Assembly: GCA_016217555.1 (NCBI GenBank)
Contig: JACRHW010000023.1
Span: forward strand, 64,466 to 128,465
Origin: Parcubacteria group bacterium
GTDB lineage: Bacteria > Patescibacteriota > Minisyncoccia > UBA6257 > JACRHW01
Direction of reading: 5' to 3'
Length of the DNA stretch: 64,000 nucleotides
How positions within the stretch are numbered: position 1 is the first letter of the stretch; each line of letters begins with the position of its first letter. The notes beneath the pieces are model-generated. The model was not told where the DNA came from. It made no database searches and worked only from the letters and a program-made list of their open reading frames with translations. This document shows positions 45,314 through 53,986 of this stretch, in pieces. The translations under genes and the position numbers were made by a program.

Positions 45314-46657
45314 TTACATTGGAAGATAAACAGGAGCTCCCTTGTTTATGCATTTATAGTTATGACCGCGAGGGAGACCTGGTCCTGGATTTGCGCCCGT
45401 TCCAAGATCACGACATTCCTGATTTACTCCACACACCGCACCATTTCCACAAATTGCTGCCACCGGAAGTGTCGGAGAAACACATGAATATTGTCCAGGA
45501 TTAAAACATCGCGCACCGGCGGGGCAATCTACGGGTTGCACATCTCTGTTTGTTCTGCATACGAGTCCCTCCCCACACGTACTTCCATCGAAACATGTCT
45601 TCGATAATCCATTTCCAATTCGAATACAAGATTGACTTGTTGGATCAGAACATGCATCTGCTCCTGACGACGCTACATCTGGGACACAAATAGGATTTGG
45701 ATTTGACGGCTTGCAAAAAACACCCGGAGGGCATTCCTGAGATGGTTGCTTCTCGATATGATATCCTTGTGAACACGCCGATTGAGTCTCCCTACATGCT
45801 CCATCATACGCCTTAGCAATCTCAGCCTTTTTGGATGTCGCACAGGGATTCGTAACATGTGTAACTCCATCAACACCACAATACGTTACATCCACGCAAT
45901 TCGATCCTCCCCCTCCTGTGGACGAGAAATCTGTTTTTTTCAAAGAACAAAACGCAGTAATCTGTCTATCGCTTTTGGTAGTAATAACCGCCGCCTTCGT
46001 AATCAAACCACGAATAACACGGACAGTATTTAACCAACCTGAAACCGAATTATTCTTGAGTGCCGAGATACGAAAACTATAGGCGTCTCCCAGAGGCGTT
46101 AACGTAACAAGCCCCAAACGCTCTGTCTCAGACAAAATTTTGCTCGTACATAGATAAGGAGACCCAAATTTTTCAATAAGTTTTTTCTTCAAACCATCGG
46201 GTGTCGAATTTATCGCAGAAGTAGTTCCTGTTGTAACACCAACAGAACTACTACCAGCGATCTTGTTACATTGATAAGCTGGCTGTGTCGATGAAGCACA
46301 CCGAGTATTGGGCGGACATATACGAACCACGGTCACACAAGTAGTTCCAACTCCACACACCGATCCATTTTCACAGATTTGATCATTTGATGTTGCAGGG
46401 GGAACACATGTATAGTTAGAACTTTGTTGTTGTCCAGCAAAAACAGGTCTCCCTAGTTTTAACGCTATGCACGAGTATCCATTTGAACACACCGATCCAT
46501 CACCACAGATAGCTCCTTTTTGAATACAAGATTGGCTCGCTGGATTAAGACACGGGTCACTCACTGCACGTACGCTAGTTCCCTGAAGAAAAAAGATACC
46601 TACTGCTCCAAACACCAAAAGAAGAAAAATAAAAATTCGTTTGTAATGATAATTCAT
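45314..46657 (-). CDS. secreted cysteine-rich repeat protein with Kazal-like module
   Basis: Signal peptide; 4x CxxGxxC..C; CGVDGVTHVTNPC...YDGAC. Confidence 0.75.
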   Translation of the reverse strand: MNYHYKRIFIFLLLVFGAVGIFFLQGTSVRAVSDPCLNPASQSCIQKGAICGDGSVCSNGYSCIALKLGRPVFAGQQQSSNYTCVPPATSNDQICENGSVCGVGTTCVTVVRICPPNTRCASSTQPAYQCNKIAGSSSVGVTTGTTSAINSTPDGLKKKLIEKFGSPYLCTSKILSETERLGLVTLTPLGDAYSFRISALKNNSVSGWLNTVRVIRGLITKAAVITTKSDRQITAFCSLKKTDFSSTGGGGSNCVDVTYCGVDGVTHVTNPCATSKKAEIAKAYDGACRETQSACSQGYHIEKQPSQECPPGVFCKPSNPNPICVPDVASSGADACSDPTSQSCIRIGNGLSKTCFDGSTCGEGLVCRTNRDVQPVDCPAGARCFNPGQYSCVSPTLPVAAICGNGAVCGVNQECRDLGTGANPGPGLPRGHNYKCINKGAPVYLPM

Positions 46658-46797
46658 AACAGATTTTTTATTACTAATTCACTTATATAGTATACATCAT
46701 AACAACACCAATTGTGTGTGCATAAAACAACCCTTCCGTTTTAAAAAGTTCTGTGATATAAAAATGTAGCTCATTACAACCCAAAGGAGGAGTGATA

Positions 46798-47277
46798 ATG
46801 GACATCCCCACCATTGTTTTGGTTTTGCTTCTTGGATGGATTATTGGTACCACTATCGCAAGACAGTTTATGCCAAAACTTACGCAATGTGAAAGTGAAC
46901 TTATTTGGCGCTGCGACCCAAGTGTGGGCACCTACGAACCAGATCTTGAAAAAGATTTCGATACACGATTCGAATCATGTTTGTTTCGTATCAAAATGTC
47001 CCTTCCTCCATTCGAATTTGAATCCCACAAAAATGCAGTCCTTACGATACTCAACCAACAAAAATACCGTCTCAAGTGGATCTTAAATGAACTTGAGAAT
47101 ACGATAAAAGTACAATGCATTTTTATGACACTCGTACTGGCAACTGATAGGGCAAAAAACCTTCTCCTCATGGTTAGTCTGGCTGGTATATCTCTTGAAA
47201 AAACCGCTATCGATCTTTCTCACAAAAACATCTTCTACAAAATAGACGTGGGTGGCAATATCGAGATAATGCCATAA
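46798..47277 (+). CDS. hypothetical membrane-anchored protein
   Basis: AAGGAGG SD; bidirectional terminator at 47281-47307. Confidence 0.6.
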   Translation: MDIPTIVLVLLLGWIIGTTIARQFMPKLTQCESELIWRCDPSVGTYEPDLEKDFDTRFESCLFRIKMSLPPFEFESHKNAVLTILNQQKYRLKWILNELENTIKVQCIFMTLVLATDRAKNLLLMVSLAGISLEKTAIDLSHKNIFYKIDVGGNIEIMP

Positions 47278-47326
47278 CAAAAAGAGGCTCACATGAGCCC
47301 CTTTTTTGTAATCGAAAGAGATCAAT

Positions 47327-47650
47327 CTATATGTTCAAATCTCCCATTGCTTGATCAACCCTGCTGTGACGCATGCCACCCTCTGGCTCCTCGATCTTTA
47401 GGTTCACGCGTGCGTGATTCTTAAGACCAACGATGCGAAGAAGGGTGCGGATCGCTTTTGAAGTAGAACCTTCACGGCCAATAACCTGACCCATATCCTC
47501 TGCGTGTACCTTCAAAGAAAGAAGGACACCCATTTCGTCTACTTTGCGATCAACACGTACATCATCTGGATGATCAACGATTGACTTAATCAGATATTCA
47601 AGAAAACCCTGATCAGACATTTCGTTCATATCGTGTGAGTAATTATGCAT
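47327..47650 (-). CDS. khpA: KH-domain RNA-binding protein KhpA (start 47650 or 47629)
   Basis: DMGQVIGREG..KAIRTL; downstream of rpsP. Confidence 0.9.
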   Translation of the reverse strand: MHNYSHDMNEMSDQGFLEYLIKSIVDHPDDVRVDRKVDEMGVLLSLKVHAEDMGQVIGREGSTSKAIRTLLRIVGLKNHARVNLKIEEPEGGMRHSRVDQAMGDLNI

Positions 47651-47678
47651 TATTCTCGACCTTTTAAATTCTTATCTA

Positions 47679-47781
47679 TCCCGTTAGAAGTAATCTAAAT
47701 TTTTCAATTCTCCACCATACTTAGAAGCTAAAACAAACAGCAATGCATCATAATGACATATTGTGGTTACTTCTAACGGGA
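47679..47781. mobile_element. MITE-like CCCGTTAGA element, copy 3
   Basis: TIR TCCCGTTAGAAGTAA/TTACTTCTAACGGGA; TCTA/TCCA flanks. Confidence 0.8.
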
Positions 47782-47850
47782 TCCATCGGAAATCAATAAA
47801 AGTAATATACTTATAAACTATCACAAAAAACTAGCTTTGTCAATCAATCC

Positions 47851-47975
47851 TAGAACCTACATATTTGGATGAAGTGCGAGGCGCACATGAGAAACGGACT
47901 GAACTGTATTTCACTGATACAGCGAAGGAGTATCGCAGTGTGCAACGAAGCAGTTCGCCGAATATGTAGGTTCTA
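47851..47975 (+). repeat. RPE-like palindromic element, copy 3 (divergent)
   Basis: IR TAGAACCTACATATTTGG/CCGAATATGTAGGTTCTA; abuts the rpsP stop. Confidence 0.85.
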
Positions 47976-47976
47976 A

Positions 47977-48264
47977 CTATTTCTTCTTGCCTTCTTTCTT
48001 TTTCGCATGCACCGCCACCTTCTCCCCCTTCATAAGCCCGGCACGAACAAATAAGTTGTGCACTGTCTCGGATGGCTGTGCACCATTCTTAAGCCAATAG
48101 GCTACGCGGTCTTCTACAAGCGAGTGTTTCCCTGTATGAGGGTTTAACCACCCTAAATCTTCATTAACCTTACCCCCTCTTGGCTTTGAACGCTGCGGTA
48201 AAACAACCACTCTATAGGTAGACTGGTGCTTCTTACCAATGCGATTTAATCGAATACGTAACAT
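47977..48264 (-). CDS. rpsP: 30S ribosomal protein S16
   Basis: MLRIRLNRIGKK...YWLKNGAQPSETV. Confidence 0.97.
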   Translation of the reverse strand: MLRIRLNRIGKKHQSTYRVVVLPQRSKPRGGKVNEDLGWLNPHTGKHSLVEDRVAYWLKNGAQPSETVHNLFVRAGLMKGEKVAVHAKKKEGKKK

Positions 48265-48276
48265 AGGTTATATAAG

Positions 48277-48374
48277 ATACTAATATATGAATCCATACAA
48301 ATGATACGAATGGTTACGAATACGTACAATATTCGTATTGATTTGTAGTATTAGTATCATTCGTATATTGGTAT
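48277..48374. repeat. 98-bp TACGAAT element, copy 2
   Basis: Near-identical to 7301-7398. Confidence 0.95.
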
Positions 48375-48384
48375 GGTTAATCTT

Positions 48385-50493
48385 TTAAGTCAACTTTAAT
48401 GATAAAATTTTCGATATTCCATCGTCTGCCATGGTGACTCCGTACAAAACGTCTGCTGCCTCCATAGTAGCGCGGTTGTGTGTAATGATAACAAATTGTG
48501 TCTTTTTGGCAAGGTCTCCCATAATCTCCTTAAACTTCACAGCATTCTGCTCATCAAGTGCCGCATCTACCTCATCAAGCACCAGGAAGGGTGGTTCACT
48601 CACTGCGACAAGTGCGCACATGAAAGCAAGAGCCACAAGAGTCCTCTCACCTCCCGAAAGCATGTCTAAACTCGTAATTTTTTTACGGGGAAGATCAATT
48701 TTGATATCTACACCCGTTATGACATTGGCAACACCCTCTTCACCTTTCGATTCTTTTGTTATGACAAGTCGCGCCTTACCCCCATCAGATAATTTTCCAA
48801 AGGCGTAGGTAAACTCCTTGTTCAACTTCTCTGTAGCTATATCGAAATCTGTTTTTATTTTATGGCTCAACTCCTCAATTAATGAACGGAGATCATCTGT
48901 TGCTTTAATCAAATCCCCCGATTGTTCGGTAAGAAACACATGTCGATCTTCTGTAGATTTGAGTTCAGCAAGTAAGGCATCATCCATCTCACCAATTGAT
49001 GAGAGTTCCCGTTTGAGGCGCGTGATCTTTTCTTCAAGGCCAAGAGCGCTCTGTGCCCCAACCATCTGTACCTCGTTACGCCGAGCAAGAAAATCGTTAA
49101 ATGACATGCCCGCCTCCTGTACTTTTTCCTTAATCTGATCAACCTGAAACCCTAATCTTTCGCGTTCCAAACGCAATCCATCCTCACGAGAACGCATCGT
49201 AAAGACCTCGCGACGTAAAACATCCACTGCGCCAATAGCATTTGAAAACGAGCGCGTACGTTCATCGTATGCAACCTCTTCATGTTCTTCCTGTTTCAGA
49301 AGCCCATCAATTTCCCCATTCAATGCTTCTATGCATTTTTCTAACTCCTTTTTTTTAATTTCATATTCTTCAAGATAGATGCCTTCCTTTGATTCCTTTT
49401 TAAAAAGAGATTTTATACGATCAACAAGCGCGCGCAAGGATTCACGAAGACGAACAATATCATTTTCGTGAAGCAACGTCTCACAGGTAGATTCAATCTC
49501 CTCTATAGTACTTCGCAATAGAGCATATCCAGGCTCACCTTCTTTTGTCTGCTCGCGAAGTTTCTTAGTAAGTTCATGTTCAAGAGCATAGAGTTTCTGT
49601 GTATAGTCTTGTCGTTCACGCTCCTTATCACGCCTTCCTTGTTTCGCCTTAAACAATGTCGTACGGTCTGTATCTACCGCTACATGTTTCAATTTCTCCT
49701 CCTCTAATGCGAGTGTGGTATTTTTTTGTGAAACGAGGGTCGCCATTGTCTGAAATGCATTCTCGCAAGTATCAAGCTCTTGAGTAATTTTGTTATAACG
49801 ATCGGAATAATGAGTGCGCACAGCACTTGCGAGCTCTATAGCAATACCCTCCCTGCGCGTATAACGCTCCGCACTACGTTTCAATGAACGAAGGTGAGGC
49901 GTAATCTCTTCAAGCAGTGTTTTTGTTTGTACTAAATTCTGTTCGGCAGAAGCCAACTTCGTAATGGTCTCGTTTTGCTTCAATTGATACTCTTTAAGCC
50001 CCACCGCCTCTTCAATAAGCTCTCTTCTCTTTTCTGGTGTTACCCGAATAAAATGATCCACCTCTCCCTGATTAACAATAGTAACTCCCTTAGTACCGAT
50101 CTTTGCGCGTGCACACATTTCGATAATATCCTTAAGACGTACCTCTTCTCGATTAAGAAAAAAACGAGAAGTACCATCGCGCTCAACACGACGACCAAGT
50201 GAAAACTCAGAAAACTCAACAGGAAACACACCGCTTGTATTATCAAAATGAAGCCATGCCTCCGCAAAGGACATAGCTGTCTTTTTGTGACTCCCAGAAA
50301 AAATAAGACTCCCCTGGTTCTCTGATCGGAGATTTTGTGCACCACGCTCCCCCAAAATCCAACGGAACGCATCAACAACATTCGACTTCCCTGATCCATT
50401 GGGGCCGACAACCGCAGTCACGCGCGCAGGAAACTCAAGCGTTGTCTTATTCGCAAATGATTTAAAACCAATAAGTTCAATGGACTTCAACAT
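48385..50493 (-). CDS. smc: short SMC protein (702 aa)
   Basis: GFKSF, GPNGSGKSN, LSGGE, LDEVDAALD. Confidence 0.9.
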   Translation of the reverse strand: MLKSIELIGFKSFANKTTLEFPARVTAVVGPNGSGKSNVVDAFRWILGERGAQNLRSENQGSLIFSGSHKKTAMSFAEAWLHFDNTSGVFPVEFSEFSLGRRVERDGTSRFFLNREEVRLKDIIEMCARAKIGTKGVTIVNQGEVDHFIRVTPEKRRELIEEAVGLKEYQLKQNETITKLASAEQNLVQTKTLLEEITPHLRSLKRSAERYTRREGIAIELASAVRTHYSDRYNKITQELDTCENAFQTMATLVSQKNTTLALEEEKLKHVAVDTDRTTLFKAKQGRRDKERERQDYTQKLYALEHELTKKLREQTKEGEPGYALLRSTIEEIESTCETLLHENDIVRLRESLRALVDRIKSLFKKESKEGIYLEEYEIKKKELEKCIEALNGEIDGLLKQEEHEEVAYDERTRSFSNAIGAVDVLRREVFTMRSREDGLRLERERLGFQVDQIKEKVQEAGMSFNDFLARRNEVQMVGAQSALGLEEKITRLKRELSSIGEMDDALLAELKSTEDRHVFLTEQSGDLIKATDDLRSLIEELSHKIKTDFDIATEKLNKEFTYAFGKLSDGGKARLVITKESKGEEGVANVITGVDIKIDLPRKKITSLDMLSGGERTLVALAFMCALVAVSEPPFLVLDEVDAALDEQNAVKFKEIMGDLAKKTQFVIITHNRATMEAADVLYGVTMADDGISKILSLKLT

Positions 50494-50499
50494 ATAAAA

Positions 50500-50597
50500 A
50501 TACTAATATACGAATCCATACAAACGATACGAATGGTTACGAATACGTACAATATTCGTATTGATTTGTAGTATTAGTATCATTCGTATATTGGTAT
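50500..50597. repeat. 98-bp TACGAAT element, copy 3
   Basis: Near-identical to 7301-7398. Confidence 0.95.
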
Positions 50598-50599
50598 GG

Positions 50600-51295
50600 T
50601 TAATTAGTCCAGTTCTTCACGACTAACCCTTGCCTCGCCGCATTTGTCTCCGCCTCTTGTTTTGATGCCCCTTCACCTGTTGCAATAAGCTCTTCTTTGA
50701 GATACACACCCACAAGAAAACGTTTATCATGATCTGGCCCCCACTCGTTTACCACCTGATATACCGGGGTAATGGAAACACGTGCCTGCGCCTGTTCCTG
50801 AAAAACACTTTTTGGATCTCTATATTTTTGTGTGGTGAGAATAGATTCAAGTGCTGAAATAATATGACGTTCTATAAACACCTCAGCAACCTCGTACTGT
50901 TGATCCAGATAAATACCCCCGATAAGCGCTTCGAGCGCGTCGGCAAGAATATTCTTTTTTGATTTTCCTGCATTTGCCATCTCTCCGCGCGAAAGTAATA
51001 TAAAACGATCGAGCTCCAACCCCTGAGCCACCTCTGCAAGCGCATCGGTATTCACAAGTGCTGCCCGTAGACTCGTAAGCTCTCCCTCTGGTCTTTCGGG
51101 AAACTTTGAAAAAAGGAACTTGGTCACCACAAGTTCCAATACCGCATCTCCAAGAAACTCAAGACGTTCGTTGTGCGGCAGGCGCCACGAAGAGTGTTCG
51201 TTAAGATAGGAACGATGAGTGAGGGCCTCGGTAAGAAGGTCCTTGTTTTTAAACACGATATTCAATTTTTTCTCAAACCCAGTGTGATCAACCAT
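50600..51295 (-). CDS. rnc: ribonuclease III
   Basis: NERLEFLGDAVL, dsRBD. Confidence 0.97.
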   Translation of the reverse strand: MVDHTGFEKKLNIVFKNKDLLTEALTHRSYLNEHSSWRLPHNERLEFLGDAVLELVVTKFLFSKFPERPEGELTSLRAALVNTDALAEVAQGLELDRFILLSRGEMANAGKSKKNILADALEALIGGIYLDQQYEVAEVFIERHIISALESILTTQKYRDPKSVFQEQAQARVSITPVYQVVNEWGPDHDKRFLVGVYLKEELIATGEGASKQEAETNAARQGLVVKNWTN

Positions 51296-51300
51296 TGCCT

Positions 51301-51385
51301 CTGGTATCTTGTATTTAGTAGCTAGTATCTTGTATCGATGCACCCTTGGCGGACACATACCAGATACCAAATACTAGATACAAAA
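51301..51385. repeat. GATACNA-type heptamer hairpin (nusB-rnc gap)
   Basis: GGTATCT TGTATTT...ATACCAG ATACCAA ATACTAG ATACAA arms. Confidence 0.8.
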
Positions 51386-51400
51386 AAATAAAAAATATTC

Positions 51401-51883
51401 CTAATCCTCTTTTTGTGGTAATTCCCCTACCTCTTCGTCGAGCTTAGCGCCCTCGCCTCCCTCGAGCTCTGTCATTTGTCGAAACACAGTGCCAAGTACT
51501 CCATTTACGAACTTCCCGCTCGCACCTCCTCCGAACGTTTTACCTAATTCAATTGCCTCATTGATCGCTACATTAGAAGGCACCTCGGCTCTATCAGCAT
51601 AAAACAATTCATAAAGACCAATGCGTAACACGTTTCGATCTATTACTCCAATCTGATCAAAAGGCCACTCGGGAGCCGTTTTTGTAATTACCCCGTCGAT
51701 ATCATCGATGTGTGAAATAACCCCGTTTACAATTTTATAAACGAACTCAGGCTCATCAATACCAGGAGCAAATTCCTCCATGTTGCGCTCCACGATTTCT
51801 AGAAGGTTAGTCTTCCTACCATAAAAATCCCATTCATAAAGGGACTGTAATACTACTGTTCTCGCAAGGTGCCGTGTTGCCAT
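51401..51883 (-). CDS. nusB: transcription antitermination factor NusB
   Basis: RHLAR..LQSLYE, IDRNVLR, INEAIELGK, FVNGVLG. Confidence 0.96.
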   Translation of the reverse strand: MATRHLARTVVLQSLYEWDFYGRKTNLLEIVERNMEEFAPGIDEPEFVYKIVNGVISHIDDIDGVITKTAPEWPFDQIGVIDRNVLRIGLYELFYADRAEVPSNVAINEAIELGKTFGGGASGKFVNGVLGTVFRQMTELEGGEGAKLDEEVGELPQKED

Positions 51884-51938
51884 GCCAATGTTGTTATACG
51901 AGTGGAGGGAGTATGCACAACATTGTGCACCCCGCCCC

Positions 51939-52157
51939 CTAAGCAATAATTCGTTGTTTTAGTGCTCGCCATGCACTTCCATAATATTTAAGTTTTCGTT
52001 CTCTATCGCGTGCCTGCTTACTAGAAAGATAAGCCTCATAGTAAATTAATTTGCATACCCCAGCACTCCTGTGTTCCTGAATTCTTCGAATCAAATTATC
52101 CGTATAGCCAATATACCACTCTCCACCATTACGTTCCAATACATAGACAGAGTGCAT
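51939..52157 (-). CDS. minimal GIY-YIG nuclease (72 aa)
   Basis: VYVL...YIGYT..L.RR..EH...YYEAY...RE. Confidence 0.85.
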   Translation of the reverse strand: MHSVYVLERNGGEWYIGYTDNLIRRIQEHRSAGVCKLIYYEAYLSSKQARDRERKLKYYGSAWRALKQRIIA

Positions 52158-52211
52158 AGGGGGTGGGGTAGAGGTTCGGCAATTCCTCACCATGCTCGGA
52201 AGCCGATTCCT

Positions 52212-52415
52212 CTATTTCTTTTTTTCTACTAATTTCGCTATCCTAGGCTTCACCTCTTTCCCCTTATAATACCCACAGTTTGCACAATAGTGATGAGGTT
52301 TAACTGCAGTTCCACACTCCTTACAGACAATTAAATTCTGCGCAACAAGTGCGAGATGAGAACGTCTACGACCTACCTTTGATTTCGAATGATGTTTCGT
52401 TGGTACTCCTGCCAT
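52212..52415 (-). CDS. rpmF: 50S ribosomal protein L32
   Basis: VPTKHHSK..RRSH, CKEC, HHYCANCGYY. Confidence 0.96.
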   Translation of the reverse strand: MAGVPTKHHSKSKVGRRRSHLALVAQNLIVCKECGTAVKPHHYCANCGYYKGKEVKPRIAKLVEKKK

Positions 52416-52498
52416 ATGTTTGGGAATTAGTTATACGTAGATACTACCTTACTTTCTCACGAACGTCAAACAAAAAATCCCCTGTGTTGGGGACTCTG

Positions 52499-52990
52499 CT
52501 ATTTTCTACTACTCAAAAGTCTTATCGGGAGACGAAGCCATGCGGCAGTTTCCCATATAACATTGCTGGATCCTGCTGAGACGCCGACCATCCTAATACT
52601 AATAGGGTGCTTGAGCCTCCTCGCAAAGAGACACCAGAGAAAAAAGCAACGTGGAAGATGAAGATACGAAGAGACAATAACCACCTCATTAATCTCCTTT
52701 TTATCCTCAAGCCATCTTACTGCATCTTTAATTTCACCCAACGTATTATATTCAGTCATACCCGATACCTGCACTGCAGATTCAGGAATACCAAGATTCA
52801 CCATACCTCGTTTCATAATGTGAGCGGCAGTAGTGCCTTTGTGTTGCTGATGTTCGCCAGCAGTCAAAATGACAACAGACTGTTCTAAGTCTTCCTTATA
52901 AACACGGATAGCCGCCTCACAACGAAAAGCAGTAACAGGCCCCACATTGTATCCCCAAAAATCTCCGCCCAAAACATGAATTGCACGCAA
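52499..52990 (-). CDS. YdcF/DUF218 family protein
   Basis: VLGG, NTLGE, VSSYLHLPR. Confidence 0.75.
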   Translation of the reverse strand: MRAIHVLGGDFWGYNVGPVTAFRCEAAIRVYKEDLEQSVVILTAGEHQQHKGTTAAHIMKRGMVNLGIPESAVQVSGMTEYNTLGEIKDAVRWLEDKKEINEVVIVSSYLHLPRCFFLWCLFARRLKHPISIRMVGVSAGSSNVIWETAAWLRLPIRLLSSRK

Positions 52991-53015
52991 CTCAGATCAC
53001 CTCCTTCCTAAAAAC

Positions 53016-53201
53016 TCAATTAATAGCACCGCAATCCTGACAATAATAATACCCATCCCAATTACCAGTAATAACATTGGGATGTTTGCACTCATCCATA
53101 AGATTATTTAGTTCGATCGCGAGGCTATTAAGCTTTTCCGCGAGGTCGCTTTGAGCAGCTCTAATTTCTTGCGCCCTCTTTTGGATCTCCTCCTGTGTCA
53201 T
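53016..53201 (-). CDS. hypothetical protein (coiled coil plus CKH...CQDC)
   Basis: AAGGAG SD; same architecture as 18207-18524. Confidence 0.65.
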   Translation of the reverse strand: MTQEEIQKRAQEIRAAQSDLAEKLNSLAIELNNLMDECKHPNVITGNWDGYYYCQDCGAIN

Positions 53202-53239
53202 TTTCGTCTCTCCTTTCTTGGTTTCAAAGAACCATCTAT

Positions 53240-53863
53240 CTATACCATATTTTTAAGAAACGTCAAACGATGAGAAGGTGTTCTTCCGATACCCTGAATT
53301 GCCTTAATGTGCATCTTTGTTCCATACCCCTTATTTTGCTCCCAGCCGTAGTGAGGATACTTTTTTGCGAAACGTACCATGAGAGCGTCGCGAATACATT
53401 TTGCAATTACTGAAGCGAGTGCGATTGCGAACACACGGCTGTCTCCCTTTATAAATGTCGCTTGTTTTTCTTTCTCTAGTTTTGGTACAAAGAGTCCACC
53501 ATCGCAGGTTACAAAAAAAGAATCAAATCCTTGTATGGTATATTTTTTAATCAGCGCATCACACCCACGTATCCCCGCCCAATAGATATTATATTTATCA
53601 ATTTCTTTTGGTGACGCTTTGTAAACGATGTAAGGAATATCGAGTTCAACTACCTGTTTAAAAATCGCCTCTCTTTTTTTCTGTGATAGTTGTTTTGAGT
53701 CGTTTACTCCTTTAATTTTTCTAAGTGCCTTTTCGTCCCCCTTTCGCAAAATCGTCGCCACCAAAACCATCGGCCCTGCCAAGCTTCCACGTCCCACCTC
53801 ATCGATACCTATTACAGCATCATAGCTCTTACGCCACAAGCTTTTTTCGAGTTTTAAATCCAT
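53240..53863 (-). CDS. rnhB: ribonuclease HII
   Basis: GIDEVGRG, DSK, KGD, ASVIAK, NKGY. Confidence 0.96.
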   Translation of the reverse strand: MDLKLEKSLWRKSYDAVIGIDEVGRGSLAGPMVLVATILRKGDEKALRKIKGVNDSKQLSQKKREAIFKQVVELDIPYIVYKASPKEIDKYNIYWAGIRGCDALIKKYTIQGFDSFFVTCDGGLFVPKLEKEKQATFIKGDSRVFAIALASVIAKCIRDALMVRFAKKYPHYGWEQNKGYGTKMHIKAIQGIGRTPSHRLTFLKNMV

Positions 53864-53871
53864 GCTATGAT

Positions 53872-53986
53872 AAATCAAAAGTCAAAACGCAAAACTTCAA
53901 CGCAAAACGTAAAACTAACGCCATTTGTTAAAAAGTTTTGATTTTTGGTTTGTAATTTTGATTTTTGCATTTTAAGTTTTAATTTT
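53872..53986. repeat. CAAAACG/TTTTGA heptamer hairpin element, copy 2
   Basis: Homologous to 21382-21494; fills the rnhB/dnaE divergent gap. Confidence 0.85.

Noticed and set aside
53945-53986. N-terminal extensions of dnaE, uvrB, rnc, miaA, metK, typA, atpC, tgt and nusB in the ORF track
   Set aside because: They translate repeat or riboswitch DNA. Downstream ATGs match the conserved N-termini.
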